The notes: generated from the sequence alone by a model not told the origin. A stretch of DNA of 64,000 nt from Candidatus Methanoperedens sp. (GCA_012026795.1 VEPM01000023.1:2455-66454); one strand, 5' to 3'; positions 48,676-59,375 are shown, counted from the stretch's first letter. Translations and numbers: made by a program.

Positions 48676-49074
48676 TCACCTGTATGATTTCTGTCTCCTC
48701 TTTCTGGCTCCGCGACCGCCGAATTTCTTTGGTAGTTTGTAACGGGTGTCGTTCACAAGCAGACTCCTGTCATACGTTGCCATCGCATCTCTTAGTGCGG
48801 TGTCATTTGTCCATTCCACAAGTCCTCTTGCGATAGCTGTACGAACAGCACCTGCCTGGCCAAATATGCCGCCGCCATGGACATTTACATCAATATCGAC
48901 GGTGGAGATGACATTATTTGCAAAATCAAGAGGCTCTGACATTTTGAAACGGATCAATTCCGGTTCGAGTATTTCTATGGGTTTCTTGTTTACTCTTACA
49001 CGCCCCTTTCCTTCCCTTATGGTTGCCCGGGCGATTGCGGTTTTCCTTTTTCCTGATGAATTAACGATTTTCAT
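48676..49074 (-). CDS. rps9: 30S ribosomal protein uS9
   Basis: [35 protein letters not shown]; start ATG 49074 after AGGTG. Confidence 0.97.
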   Translation of the reverse strand: MKIVNSSGKRKTAIARATIREGKGRVRVNKKPIEILEPELIRFKMSEPLDFANNVISTVDIDVNVHGGGIFGQAGAVRTAIARGLVEWTNDTALRDAMATYDRSLLVNDTRYKLPKKFGGRGARKRRQKSYR

Positions 49075-49083
49075 ATATAACAC

Positions 49084-49503
49084 CTAAAATTTTGATCCTA
49101 ATCTCTTGCTCAAGTCACCAAGCACAGTATAATTACTGGTGGATAGACGTGTAATACTTGCATCATCTATGGTGATCGCCTGTTCTTTACTCAGTTCAGC
49201 CGGAACGCCGACAAAGACCTTTAATAAGTTATAAGCATCTCTTCCTGAGGTTTTTGTATGCGGGATCATACCCCTGATCGTTCTTGCCACAATCTGGTCC
49301 GGCCTTCTTGGAAAACGAGGGCCGAATTCCCGTGAACCGCGGGCTACATAAGCATGGTATCGGTCGAATGTGGCATCTTTCCTGCCTGAGATGATCGCTT
49401 TTTCAGCGTTTATGATATTGATCTGTTCACCATTTAATATTCGCTGTGCTACCGTACTTGCCATTCTTCCCAGAATAAGATTATTTGCATCTATTACTGT
49501 CAT
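49084..49503 (-). CDS. rpl13: 50S ribosomal protein uL13
   Basis: VIDANNLILGRMAS, NAEKAIISG, RTIRGMIP. Confidence 0.97.
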   Translation of the reverse strand: MTVIDANNLILGRMASTVAQRILNGEQINIINAEKAIISGRKDATFDRYHAYVARGSREFGPRFPRRPDQIVARTIRGMIPHTKTSGRDAYNLLKVFVGVPAELSKEQAITIDDASITRLSTSNYTVLGDLSKRLGSKF

Positions 49504-49507
49504 GTTA

Positions 49508-49891
49508 TCACCCGATTATTCTTACCCTGGAGCCTTCCGGGTTTTTGTTCATCAGTTCCTCTATTGAGAGGCATGAGCCACCGGCTTCGATAATTTTGCT
49601 CCTTGCGCCTTCACTGAAACTTACAGCTGCAACAGTTAATTGATGATTCAATTCTCCGGCACCCAGGACCTTGCCAGGTACGAGTATCAGGTCTTTTTCT
49701 TTTGTGTACCTGTTTATCCTGCTGAGATTGACTTCAGTAGCTTCTCTTGTGGGGCGTTCAAGCCTTATCGCAATGTCACGCCATAGTGGAACCTGTTTGT
49801 TCCTGGATTGTTCTTTCAGACCTGAAATAAGGTCTAACAATCTTCCATTTGTCTTGTAATTATTTTTCATTCTTTTCCTCCGTAAGACCAT
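49508..49891 (-). CDS. rpl18e: 50S ribosomal protein eL18
   Basis: [39 protein letters not shown]. Confidence 0.96.
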   Translation of the reverse strand: MVLRRKRMKNNYKTNGRLLDLISGLKEQSRNKQVPLWRDIAIRLERPTREATEVNLSRINRYTKEKDLILVPGKVLGAGELNHQLTVAAVSFSEGARSKIIEAGGSCLSIEELMNKNPEGSRVRIIG

Positions 49892-49905
49892 TTAAGATCC
49901 GACTC

Positions 49906-49972
49906 ATGCAAACCTTTCAGGCTTTACTGCATTCGAATTGTTTCAATTCATACGCCGCAGGCCAAAGCCTGC
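49906..49972 (-). promoter_or_regulatory. Three-hairpin 5' leader of the rpl18e operon
   Basis: Hairpins at 49957-49972 (GCAGGC arms), 49935-49949 (GAATTG arms) and 49906-49932. Confidence 0.45.
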
Positions 49973-50095
49973 TACGGTTAATGTTGAACCAATAGCATTT
50001 GGTTCAGGTTGCCTTAATTCATTTTTAAATACATAAACCTACCTATCCCAAGACTTAATATAACTAAAACCAATAATGCGAGTGAAGGTGACTGA

Positions 50096-50968
50096 ATGGA
50101 TGAATTTCTGGATAAGCTAAAACAAACCAGGATTGAATTCCTTAGCAGGATGCGGATGCTTCTCATCCTTGATCTGATCGCTTTATTCAGCATTCTCTAT
50201 GCAATTTTTATTATTATAAATCTTGAATATCTTATAAACAAATTCTTACCTGTTACATCTATTCTGATCAAATTCATCCCTCCTGTTCTGGCAATTATAT
50301 TTGCTGTCTTTTCATCATTTTTATTGCATAGAAAAGATAATAAATTAAACATTATTAGAATTATTGAAAATAAGTATCCTGACCTGAATGAAAAACTCAG
50401 GACAGCCTACGATAACCGCGGTGAGAGCAATATAATAGTGGATTCATTAAAAACTATAGTTTCAGAATCCATGAAGGTTGTTTCACCTTCAAATCTTCTG
50501 GCTAAAAGCAGGATTATCTCAAAGGTCATTATAACGATCATTTTTATTGCAGGCATGGTTTTTATTTCAAATAACCCGGAAGAGTATCAGATACCGGAAA
50601 ACACGCTTTCAAATATTACAAAAACATTTACGGGAGAAGAAAATATTACCGGCCTGACCGACATCACCGGACGCCCTGAGAATAGTGAAGCCATCGGGAG
50701 AAACGGGTCAGGGGATATTTTCGGAAAGCCAAAGATCGCATCCATTGAAGGGAAGAATATCGACCTGACATTATATTCCGGGGTGGATACGGGCTTTGAT
50801 GTGGGGGATACGAGCCAGACAAGTAACCAGTTCATCAAATCAGCGGCATTCCCTGTCGATATCCTTGGTTCCAATGTTTCTGATGGCGGTTACAGTATGC
50901 TTATGCAAAAAACAGAAACAGAGAAGCAACTTATTAATAAATATGCAGTCGAAAGGAGTAAAATATGA
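50096..50968 (+). CDS. Membrane protein, first gene of the MoxR/vWA operon
   Basis: GGTGA SD; 3 TM helices and a soluble tail; 12 nt from moxR. Confidence 0.75.
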   Translation: MDEFLDKLKQTRIEFLSRMRMLLILDLIALFSILYAIFIIINLEYLINKFLPVTSILIKFIPPVLAIIFAVFSSFLLHRKDNKLNIIRIIENKYPDLNEKLRTAYDNRGESNIIVDSLKTIVSESMKVVSPSNLLAKSRIISKVIITIIFIAGMVFISNNPEEYQIPENTLSNITKTFTGEENITGLTDITGRPENSEAIGRNGSGDIFGKPKIASIEGKNIDLTLYSGVDTGFDVGDTSQTSNQFIKSAAFPVDILGSNVSDGGYSMLMQKTETEKQLINKYAVERSKI

Positions 50969-50980
50969 AAGAGGTTAAAA

Positions 50981-51928
50981 ATGAGTAATGAGACGTACGC
51001 AAGCTCGCCACGGATTTTCAAGGAGCTTCTTGATGAGATAGGGAAAGTTGTTGTTGGCCAGCATGAGGCGGTTGAACACATGATGATAGCGATCCTGTGC
51101 AACAGCCATGCTCTTGTCGAAAGCAACCCTGGCCTGGCCAAGACACTTACGATCAGCACAATTTCAAAAGCGCTTGACCTTAAGTTCAACAGGATACAGT
51201 GCACGCCTGACCTTATGCCATCGGATATCACAGGCACGTATATTATTGAGGATATCGCAGGGAAGAAACAGTACAGGTTTGAACCAGGCCCAGTGTTTGC
51301 CAATATCGTTCTTGCTGATGAGATAAACAGGGCATCGCCAAAGACCCAGAGCGCCCTGCTTGAAGCAATGCAGGAAAAACAGGTAACAGTAGGTAATAAG
51401 ACCTATCCTCTGGATAAGCCGTTCTTTATTCTTGCCACCCAGAACCCCATCGAGATGGAAGGTACATATCCACTCCCTGAAGCGCAGCTTGACCGGTTCC
51501 TCCTTAAGATCCTAATGGACTATCCAACGTTTGAGGATGAGAACGAGATCGTTAACAGATACACTAAAAATATTGTTCCCTCCGTAAAGAGCGTAGTCTC
51601 AAAAGCAGAAGTCCTTGAACTCCAGAAACTCACGCGTGATGTTCCCATAGCAGAAGATATCAAGGTCAGGGCGATTAAGATCGTTGGCGCTACAAGGGGA
51701 AAGAGTGAGCATATTGAATATGGGGCATCGCCAAGGGCTTCTATCGGTATAATACTTGCAGCAAAAGCGCGCTCACTTATGAAAGGCAGGAATTATGTAA
51801 GCAAGGAAGATATCGATGTAATGGCATATCCGGTGCTTCGCCACCGCATCATATTGACATTTGAGTCAGAACGCAAGGGGATGACAACTGATCAGGTCAT
51901 TTCGGATATTCTGAAAAATGTGAAATAG
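50981..51928 (+). CDS. MoxR family AAA+ ATPase
   Basis: ESNPGLAKT, RIQCTPDLMPSDITG, LADEINRASPKTQSALLEAMQE, ATQNPIE, LDRF. Confidence 0.96.
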   Translation: MSNETYASSPRIFKELLDEIGKVVVGQHEAVEHMMIAILCNSHALVESNPGLAKTLTISTISKALDLKFNRIQCTPDLMPSDITGTYIIEDIAGKKQYRFEPGPVFANIVLADEINRASPKTQSALLEAMQEKQVTVGNKTYPLDKPFFILATQNPIEMEGTYPLPEAQLDRFLLKILMDYPTFEDENEIVNRYTKNIVPSVKSVVSKAEVLELQKLTRDVPIAEDIKVRAIKIVGATRGKSEHIEYGASPRASIGIILAAKARSLMKGRNYVSKEDIDVMAYPVLRHRIILTFESERKGMTTDQVISDILKNVK

Positions 51929-51981
51929 ATGTGCATATTGAGACGGTTAAGCGTAAAAACAATTAGTATGGAAGATAACTT

Positions 51982-52833
51982 ATGCTAAACGTAGCTAATG
52001 AACTTTTGTTTAACCCGATGTTAAAGTATTCGGAAATAGGGTGGGATGATAATGAGGCTTTAATAGAGGCATTCAGTGATAGAGTTAAAGGATTTTATTT
52101 AGAGCCAGCCCAAAAATTGAACGATTGTGAAAAATATGCATTTGCGACAGGCGTATTATGCGTATCAACCATCGACTTACTTGCCTGTATAACAATATCT
52201 TGTAATTCAAGGACGGTTGGGACGAGGTTTAAACAATGGGTAAAAGAACACATAACGGCGTTCGATAATTCGAATCCTAATAGTGAAATACTTGCTGATA
52301 AATTTTATAATGAGTTTCGCAATGGACTTGTGCACGAAGGACGAACCAAAAATGTTGGGCAATTTTCGTACGACTACAAAAAAGAATTAGTCCATATAGT
52401 GAAGGAAATGTATTTATTTAACTGGGATAAAATTCCTGGAAACGATAATGAGAAACTTTTAAATTTTATATACAAGTTTTATGGAATTAATTGTGAGAGG
52501 ACGCCTACGATTGAAAAAATAGAAAGTGGTAATACTATAAGGGTTTCTACAGAAAATAACCGTATTTCGATAAAACATGACAATGGAAACAATAAGGCAA
52601 TCCTAACAATCAATGAGCTATTTACTGAAACACTCAGCATAAAGGCCGAAAGCGGTAATTTAAACATCTACAAAATAATGATTTTAGTTAATCCAAACTT
52701 TCTTCTAAAAGAAGTAAACATTGCCTTTGAGAGATATATAAGGAAGGTTAAAAGTGATAATTCTGAATTTTCTAAACTTAAAAAATATTTGGAAAGATTT
52801 AAAGGAGAAATCGAATATGCGAATAGCTGTTAA
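51982..52833 (+). CDS. HEPN-like protein (RNGLVH) with an 87-aa inserted module
   Basis: R-x4-H motif FRNGLVHEG; AT-rich gene between moxR and DUF58; module at 52411-52671. Confidence 0.65.
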   Translation: MLNVANELLFNPMLKYSEIGWDDNEALIEAFSDRVKGFYLEPAQKLNDCEKYAFATGVLCVSTIDLLACITISCNSRTVGTRFKQWVKEHITAFDNSNPNSEILADKFYNEFRNGLVHEGRTKNVGQFSYDYKKELVHIVKEMYLFNWDKIPGNDNEKLLNFIYKFYGINCERTPTIEKIESGNTIRVSTENNRISIKHDNGNNKAILTINELFTETLSIKAESGNLNIYKIMILVNPNFLLKEVNIAFERYIRKVKSDNSEFSKLKKYLERFKGEIEYANSC

Positions 52834-52852
52834 GGCTAAAAAATATAATAAG

Positions 52853-53116
52853 CCGCAGATAAACGCAGATGAACGCAGATTTATTTATCGGTTACATTTG
52901 CGCTTAATTGATTATATTACATTGCAAAAGGCGAAAAGCATAGCAGCGATGTTTTTTGAGACCTTTCTGGCCAGGTCAGGAAAAATTCCAAAATCACAAT
53001 ATAGAACACGGATGACGCGAATCGGATGGATTTTCACGGATCTGTGCGCATTCGCGTCATCCGTGCAATCCGTGTTCCATCTCAATCCATCTGCGTTTAT
53101 CTGCGTTCATCTGCGG
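52853..53116. repeat. Nested inverted-repeat element (MITE/REP-like)
   Basis: Outer arms 52853-52880 and 53089-53116 built from 10-bp RAACGCAGAT units; inner perfect 16-bp arms 53007-53022 and 53050-53065. Confidence 0.85.
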
Positions 53117-53207
53117 TTAATACTTTTAATACAAGAAAAAATATTTATATTTTTCTATAAGTTAAAGAATAAAGCTGATATTATTATTAATCATAAAAGT
53201 GGAATAA

Positions 53208-54068
53208 ATGATAGACACCTCATTCTTTAAAGAACTTGACCGCTTCTCATTCATGGTGCGTAAACGCGTATCCACTGCATACAGTGGAAGCAGGCGCTCT
53301 ATACTCAAAGGCAGGGGAATGGAGCCTGTAAGCTACCGTGAATACACGCAGGGAGACGATTTCAAGACCATAGACTGGAAAGTTTACGGGCGAACTGAAA
53401 AACTTTATGTAAAGGAATTCGAGGAAGAAAAAAGCTTAACCACACATATACTGCTTGATACCAGCAAGAGTATGGATTTTCGCAATAAATTCGAATATGC
53501 AGCGATGATGGCGCTTGGATTTGCATATCTTGTAACCAAGGATAATGAGAAATTCGCGGTTGCAACGTTTGCTGAAGAGATAAATATCACAAAACCCAAA
53601 CGGGGCAGAAAATATCTTTCACTTACAATTGATCTTCTTAACAGCATCCAGCTTCTTGGAAAAACACGTTTTGATTATTGCATGGAAAAATATGCAAGCG
53701 TTATAAGATCAAGGTCACTCGTCTTTATAATTTCTGATTTTATGACGGATATAGAAGCTATCAAGAATTCCATATTCAGGCTCGGTGATAATGAACTTGT
53801 GCTTATACAGGTGCTTGACCCTCTTGAGAGAAGTCTTGACCTTGGCGGAGAAGCAAAATTGATCGACCTTGAGACAGATGCAAAAATGGATATATACACA
53901 AGCCCCAGGCTTCGTGCCGAGTACCAGCAGAGATTAAATGACCATATTGCAAAGATCAGGGAAACCTGTATAACGGTAGGGGCTGATTTTCATATTGTGA
54001 CTGCTGATAAGCCGATCTTCGATTCAATATTTGAAGTTGTGAACTCCAGGGAAGCGGGGAAAATATAG
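53208..54068 (+). CDS. DUF58 family protein
   Basis: YREYTQGDDFKTIDWKVYGRT..LYVKEFEEE, LLDTSKSM, IISDF. Confidence 0.95.
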   Translation: MIDTSFFKELDRFSFMVRKRVSTAYSGSRRSILKGRGMEPVSYREYTQGDDFKTIDWKVYGRTEKLYVKEFEEEKSLTTHILLDTSKSMDFRNKFEYAAMMALGFAYLVTKDNEKFAVATFAEEINITKPKRGRKYLSLTIDLLNSIQLLGKTRFDYCMEKYASVIRSRSLVFIISDFMTDIEAIKNSIFRLGDNELVLIQVLDPLERSLDLGGEAKLIDLETDAKMDIYTSPRLRAEYQQRLNDHIAKIRETCITVGADFHIVTADKPIFDSIFEVVNSREAGKI

Positions 54069-54077
54069 AGGGATGTA

Positions 54078-55961
54078 ATGGCATTTTTAGATTCATTCTA
54101 CGCAAATCCGATGCAATTTGCCAACGAAACCGGACTGTACGCTCTTTTATCAATTATTCCGCTTATTATAATTTATCTTCTCAGGCCAAGAGCAAAAAAA
54201 ATAAAGATCCCTTCTGTCATGTTCCTCCTTGACATTGAAAAGAAAAAACGCCTCAATATTTTCAGGAAATTCCTGAAAGATCCGCTCTTTCTTATCCAGC
54301 TCCTTGCACTTATTATAATGTCACTTTCAGTTGCCGCCCCTTTCATTATGGCGACAGAAGAAGCAGGCGGAGGTTCAACCGTCATTGTCCTTGATGGCTC
54401 AGGAAGTATGCAGGCAGACGGAAAATTCACAAAAGCAGTGGCTGAAGCAAATAAATTCTTAAGCGCCAAAAATACCATCTTTCTTGCCCAGAGTGTTCCC
54501 TTAATGGTAATGAAAGAAGCTCCTGCAAGCAGTGCTACGGATGCTCTGTCAAAACTCAAGGCAAAAGCCACAGGCGTTGACCTGTCAAGTGCTATCCTCC
54601 AGGGGCGAAGGATGCTTCCTGAGGGCGGAAGGATCGTTGTAATATCGGATTTCATAAACTGGGACGGTGACAGTCCCGCAATAGCAAAGAAAGTCGCAGA
54701 AGCAAGCGGCATCAGGGTTGATTTTATCACCGTAAGCGGAAGGACTGATAATATAGGTATCGTTAATGGCTGGTTTGAATCGGGAGGGGATTACAAAGTA
54801 GTTATTAAGAACTTCAATAACGATGCACGGGATGTAAATATCGATGTTACGATAAATGATAAGAACGCAGTTAAGGATACGATCAATGTCAAAGGCATGT
54901 CAAGCGAATATTTCAGCATCAGCGACATCTCCCTTAATCCGGGAATTACGAAGATATCAATAGATTCCAATGACGCTCTTCCTGTTGACAACAACGCCTT
55001 CGTTTATATACCGCCATCAATGCAGCGTGATGTCCTTTATATTACGGATAATCCAAAATCGCCCTCTATTGTTGCTCTCGGTCTTATTCCCAATACAAAA
55101 GTCACAAAAGCAGGCCCGGAAAGCATACCTTCAATGTCGGGTAACATCGTTGTAGTAAGCGCCCCCCTCCCCCAGGATGCGGTTAAAAAACTTGAAGAGT
55201 ACGTCAGCAGCGGAGGGACGGCTGTAATAATTGCATCTCCGGGTCTTACGAATATGTCTCTCCTGCCAGTTGAACCGGGAGCACCCGGGAATAAGACATC
55301 GCTGAATATCGTCCGCCGGACAACCATAACAGATGGTATTGATATTGAGAAAACAGACGTCAGCAGATATTTCAAGGCACGTCTGAAAGAAAATGCAGTA
55401 GGTCTTGTTGAAAGCGGGGATAAAGAAAAATCAGCTATTCTTGCATACTGGAGATTCGGGAAAGGAACAGTTATCTATTCCGGCCTTGCCGATCCCCGGG
55501 GAAATAATATTTATGATCCGCTTAATGAACAGGTCTGGAATGACCTGCATACACTTCCCGATTATCCGCTTTTCTGGAAACAAATGCTTGAATGGATAAA
55601 GGGAAGCCTTGATGTGACTGAATATAATGCAATAACGGGGATGTTAATAAAATTCCCGGCATCTGTAAAAGTGGATACACCCACAGATAAGGTGACAACA
55701 GATACGTTGCTGCTTGATGAGGTCGGTATTTATGACATACCTGGAAAGAGCGTGGCTGTGAACATGTATAATGAACGGGAATCAAACCTTATCAGCAGCG
55801 GGCTTGCTGCCGAGGAATCAAATGTTTCAACTTCACAACATATCGCTTACTCACCTGAAACTATCCGAAAACAAAAGGATCTTGATATTTATTTCATAAT
55901 GGCTGCCATGTTCCTTATACTTCTTGAATTGTATTACCTGCGCTGGAGAGGTGAATTGTAA
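54078..55961 (+). CDS. BatA-domain/vWA membrane protein
   Basis: PLIIIYLLRPR...PSVMFL BatA motif; VLDGSGSM MIDAS; C-terminal TM helix. Confidence 0.88.
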   Translation: MAFLDSFYANPMQFANETGLYALLSIIPLIIIYLLRPRAKKIKIPSVMFLLDIEKKKRLNIFRKFLKDPLFLIQLLALIIMSLSVAAPFIMATEEAGGGSTVIVLDGSGSMQADGKFTKAVAEANKFLSAKNTIFLAQSVPLMVMKEAPASSATDALSKLKAKATGVDLSSAILQGRRMLPEGGRIVVISDFINWDGDSPAIAKKVAEASGIRVDFITVSGRTDNIGIVNGWFESGGDYKVVIKNFNNDARDVNIDVTINDKNAVKDTINVKGMSSEYFSISDISLNPGITKISIDSNDALPVDNNAFVYIPPSMQRDVLYITDNPKSPSIVALGLIPNTKVTKAGPESIPSMSGNIVVVSAPLPQDAVKKLEEYVSSGGTAVIIASPGLTNMSLLPVEPGAPGNKTSLNIVRRTTITDGIDIEKTDVSRYFKARLKENAVGLVESGDKEKSAILAYWRFGKGTVIYSGLADPRGNNIYDPLNEQVWNDLHTLPDYPLFWKQMLEWIKGSLDVTEYNAITGMLIKFPASVKVDTPTDKVTTDTLLLDEVGIYDIPGKSVAVNMYNERESNLISSGLAAEESNVSTSQHIAYSPETIRKQKDLDIYFIMAAMFLILLELYYLRWRGEL

Positions 55962-58453
55962 TGGCTTTCACGATACCCCAGTTTGAGAACCCTTATATCC
56001 TTTTACTTATCAGCCCCCTGATCCTTGCAGGGTTGTATTATATACGCAAAGGTGTTTCGAAGTGGATCATATTTTCACGCGTCATCATCCTGAGCCTTTT
56101 GGTTATTGCCCTTGCCTCGCCTTATTCGTTAGGCATAACTACGGTGCGTGACGATACACCAAGAATAACTGTGATTTCGGATAATACATTCAGCATGGAC
56201 CTTTTCAATAAAGATGCCGGGAAAAAGATATTTGATGCGCTACAGCCCAGGACACCCACGAAATTCAGGGAATTCGCAGGTATCAAATCACCAATAGGCG
56301 ATGAGGTGATAGGAGCCTCAGAAAACAATAATCTATTACTTGTAACAGATGGGAACGCCAATTACGGAAAAGACCTTTTCGATGCCATCTCACTTGTTTC
56401 CCAGGCAGGGACAAAAGTGTTTGCTGTGAAACAAAAACCAATCCATAATGATGCAAGTGTCGAGATTGTAAGCGCCAAGAATATCATTATCGGGAATGAA
56501 AATGTGTTTAATGTTGTTGTAAGGCAGGCAGGAACCTATATCGTTTACAGGCTTGATGTGGAGATAGATGGAAAATCAGTAATGAGCGAAACATTTTCGC
56601 AGACTGAACGGGAAAAAGTAATTCCTGTCACAGGTGCATTTAAAAATCTTGGTTCGCACAAAATGAAAGCAACCATTACGCCCAGCGGGGAAGACAGGTT
56701 CCAGTTAAACAATGTATTCTATAAATCCATATTCGTTGTGCCAAAACCAAAGTTACTTGCAGTAACGGGCGATACGGGATCGCCTCTTTATACAATTACG
56801 AATAGCCTATATGATGTTACTACCGTGAGCTCCCTGCCACCGGATCTTTCACCATATAAAACCGTGATAGTAGATAATAAGGGAGCGAATGAGTTACCTG
56901 CCGAAAACTTGCGGAATTATGTGGGAAATGGCGGCGGGCTTGTGGTTGTTGGCGGAGAATTATCATATGATCGTGGGGCTTACAATAATTCGCCGGTTGA
57001 AGCGATACTACCTATAATATCAAGGGCCGGGGAATTCAAAGGCGGAAGAAATGTTATTATCTTAATTGATTCATCGGGAAGCACTGGAATAGGGTCACCT
57101 TCGCCCATCAGTCTTATCGATGCTAATGCCATAAGCATCATCCGGGGCATTGGACAGGACAGTCGTGTCGGTGTGGTGGCATTCAGCGGTATAACAAAAC
57201 AGACTAATATATTATCGATGAGTTCAGAAGCGAATAAAGCAGAACTTGAGAGTTTCGTAAGTGAGATAGGACCCGGAACAAGGGGAGGGGAGAACCCTAC
57301 CGACCTTGATAAAGGACTCCGCGCTTCTGACGAATTATTGAATTCGGTGACCGGTACAAAAGAGATAATAGTCATATCTGATGGATTAATAGATCCTAAA
57401 GGTCTTACCCAGACCAAAAATACAGTATTAGATTTAGTAGCTAAAGAAACAAAAATACAATTCATTCAAATTCTCTTACCCACAAATGCAAAGATACCTA
57501 ACGATAACTATGATATACTGGCAAAAGCAGCCAGCACTGATGTAATACTTTTGTATCCCGATGAACGGGCAAGCACCTTAATAGGGGAAGGCCCGTCCTC
57601 CACTCCGGCACCTGCCCAAACTCCCTCCGTAACTTACGAATATCCCCTCACGATAGTAGACGCCAACCATTTCATAACAAAATACATCAATATTTCAGCC
57701 TCGATAACAGGATATAACGACGTAATTCCAAAACTGGGCACAGACCGCCTCGTAGCAACCTCGCGCGGGAAGCCTATCCTTACAACGTGGGGCTTTGGTC
57801 TTGGCCGGGTTGTTTCCTTCACAACAGATAACGGTAATCCATCCGGTGACCCATCCAGACCCTGGGCAAGCGAGATTTATAGCGGCGAGAACTCGCGCCT
57901 TATTTCATCAATGATAAACTGGGCGATCGGGGACCCGCGCCCGAAAGAAGGAGATGTGATTCAGGCAGAGGATATCTGGGCCGGAACAGCAGGCAGGGTC
58001 ATTGTCACATCAAACAAGCAACCTCCGGTCGTGCAACTTGACGGCGCGCCTCTTGATCTTTCAAGGACAGGGCCTACCACATACGAAACAACGATCAATC
58101 TTGAGACAGGGGATTTCCATGATATTTCAGGATATGGGATTGCTGTGAATTATCCCCTGGAATACAGGGAGATCGGGTTCAATGATAAACTGAATGACGT
58201 CATTGCATCAAACGGCGGACGTGTGTATAATGAAGATGAGGTCCAGGGGCTTATGTTCCTGGATATCAAGGAAAAAGCTGTGCGGACTGTGAATGAGCCA
58301 AAGAGTGAAAAAAAACCATATCTTCTTGCTGCGCTTGTGTTATTCCTGGCAGAAGTTGTGATCAGGAGGCTGAAAGATTACAGGAAAGACAGGCCTGTGA
58401 TAGAGGAGAATCCACCGAGAGTGGCGTCTGTGGCTGAAGAAGTTGTGCAATAG
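55961..58453 (+). CDS. vWA plus GATase-like membrane protein
   Basis: ISDNTFSM, TDGNANYG, GGGLVVVGGELSY, LIDSSGST, GLGRVVSFTTD. Confidence 0.85.
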   Translation: MAFTIPQFENPYILLLISPLILAGLYYIRKGVSKWIIFSRVIILSLLVIALASPYSLGITTVRDDTPRITVISDNTFSMDLFNKDAGKKIFDALQPRTPTKFREFAGIKSPIGDEVIGASENNNLLLVTDGNANYGKDLFDAISLVSQAGTKVFAVKQKPIHNDASVEIVSAKNIIIGNENVFNVVVRQAGTYIVYRLDVEIDGKSVMSETFSQTEREKVIPVTGAFKNLGSHKMKATITPSGEDRFQLNNVFYKSIFVVPKPKLLAVTGDTGSPLYTITNSLYDVTTVSSLPPDLSPYKTVIVDNKGANELPAENLRNYVGNGGGLVVVGGELSYDRGAYNNSPVEAILPIISRAGEFKGGRNVIILIDSSGSTGIGSPSPISLIDANAISIIRGIGQDSRVGVVAFSGITKQTNILSMSSEANKAELESFVSEIGPGTRGGENPTDLDKGLRASDELLNSVTGTKEIIVISDGLIDPKGLTQTKNTVLDLVAKETKIQFIQILLPTNAKIPNDNYDILAKAASTDVILLYPDERASTLIGEGPSSTPAPAQTPSVTYEYPLTIVDANHFITKYINISASITGYNDVIPKLGTDRLVATSRGKPILTTWGFGLGRVVSFTTDNGNPSGDPSRPWASEIYSGENSRLISSMINWAIGDPRPKEGDVIQAEDIWAGTAGRVIVTSNKQPPVVQLDGAPLDLSRTGPTTYETTINLETGDFHDISGYGIAVNYPLEYREIGFNDKLNDVIASNGGRVYNEDEVQGLMFLDIKEKAVRTVNEPKSEKKPYLLAALVLFLAEVVIRRLKDYRKDRPVIEENPPRVASVAEEVVQ

Positions 58454-58551
58454 GATTATTCTTTGTAAAATTTCGAATCAACGATTGCACCTGCAATATC
58501 TTATTACCCATAAAGTAATGCATAAATACTATTAAATCACTATATAATTAT

Positions 58552-58797
58552 ATGGCTGAAACAACATTGACACTTAAATTCAGAGGGATAGAAGCATCTC
58601 TGCTTAACCAGATGGTTGACATCGGTTTGTTCAATACAAAATCCGAAGCCATACGTGCTGCTCTGATCAAATATGCTATGGATCTAAACCTTCTTGACCG
58701 AAAAGCGATCTGGCGTGAGATACAGGCACATAAAAAGAGAAATATCAGTCCGGAACAGCTGGCGGCTGACATAAAGAGCATCCGGGATGAAATATAG
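58552..58797 (+). CDS. Ribbon-helix-helix antitoxin (VapB-like)
   Basis: LNQMVDIGLFNTKSEAIRAAL; overlaps the PIN gene. Confidence 0.85.
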   Translation: MAETTLTLKFRGIEASLLNQMVDIGLFNTKSEAIRAALIKYAMDLNLLDRKAIWREIQAHKKRNISPEQLAADIKSIRDEI

Positions 58798-59212
58798 GGT
58801 TTTTTTAGATACTAATGTTTTCATCTATGCCTATGAGTTTCAGGAATCAAACTCGGCAGAAATTATAGAACTCCTGAACGATGAGAAAATAGAAGCAGTG
58901 ATATCGGAGCGGGTGTTGAAAGAAGTATATAATTACTTCAGAAAATTTCACAACAAAAACCTTGCAGATACCTTTAGAAGATATCTTATTGAAACCTGCA
59001 CAATGATACTTGCAAGAGATGTTAAGGATTCTATGGACCTCTATCGAGGACAAATAAAGGAAAAAGACCTTGAGCAGTTGGCTGTAGTGAAAAAATATGG
59101 AATCAAATATCTGATAGCTCTTGATCGAGATTTTAACAAATTTGAAGAATATAGAACACCACATGAGTTCATAGGGCTGATTTGCGAACAAGGGAAAGAA
59201 AGTGAGTTTTGA
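58787..59212 (+). CDS. PIN-domain toxin (VapC-like)
   Basis: VFLDTNVFI, ISERVLKEV, KEKDLEQL, IALDRDF. Confidence 0.9.
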   Translation: MKYRVFLDTNVFIYAYEFQESNSAEIIELLNDEKIEAVISERVLKEVYNYFRKFHNKNLADTFRRYLIETCTMILARDVKDSMDLYRGQIKEKDLEQLAVVKKYGIKYLIALDRDFNKFEEYRTPHEFIGLICEQGKESEF

Positions 59213-59375
59213 GAGATTTTTTAAAAAATTTATATGAAGGTTTAATATGTTTTCATCGGATAGCTATCGCAGGTGTTGTGAATGAGGCTATTGCTATCGA
59301 AGTTATTGGTCGTTATCTCCTGATAGTCTTCAAGTGGCCGTTATCTCCTGATGACCTTGAGATTTTCTTCCCCTG

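Noticed and set aside
52411-52671. 87-aa module as an intein
   Set aside because: It has no N-terminal C/S/T nucleophile, no terminal HN/HQ and no Hint block motifs.
52754-53230. 158-aa ORF across the palindromic element
   Set aside because: It overlaps two real genes, and its sequence simply reads through the repeat arms.
59311-59352. 14-bp direct repeat CGTTATCTCCTGAT (59311 and 59339)
   Set aside because: Only two copies with no array; probably decayed coding debris.
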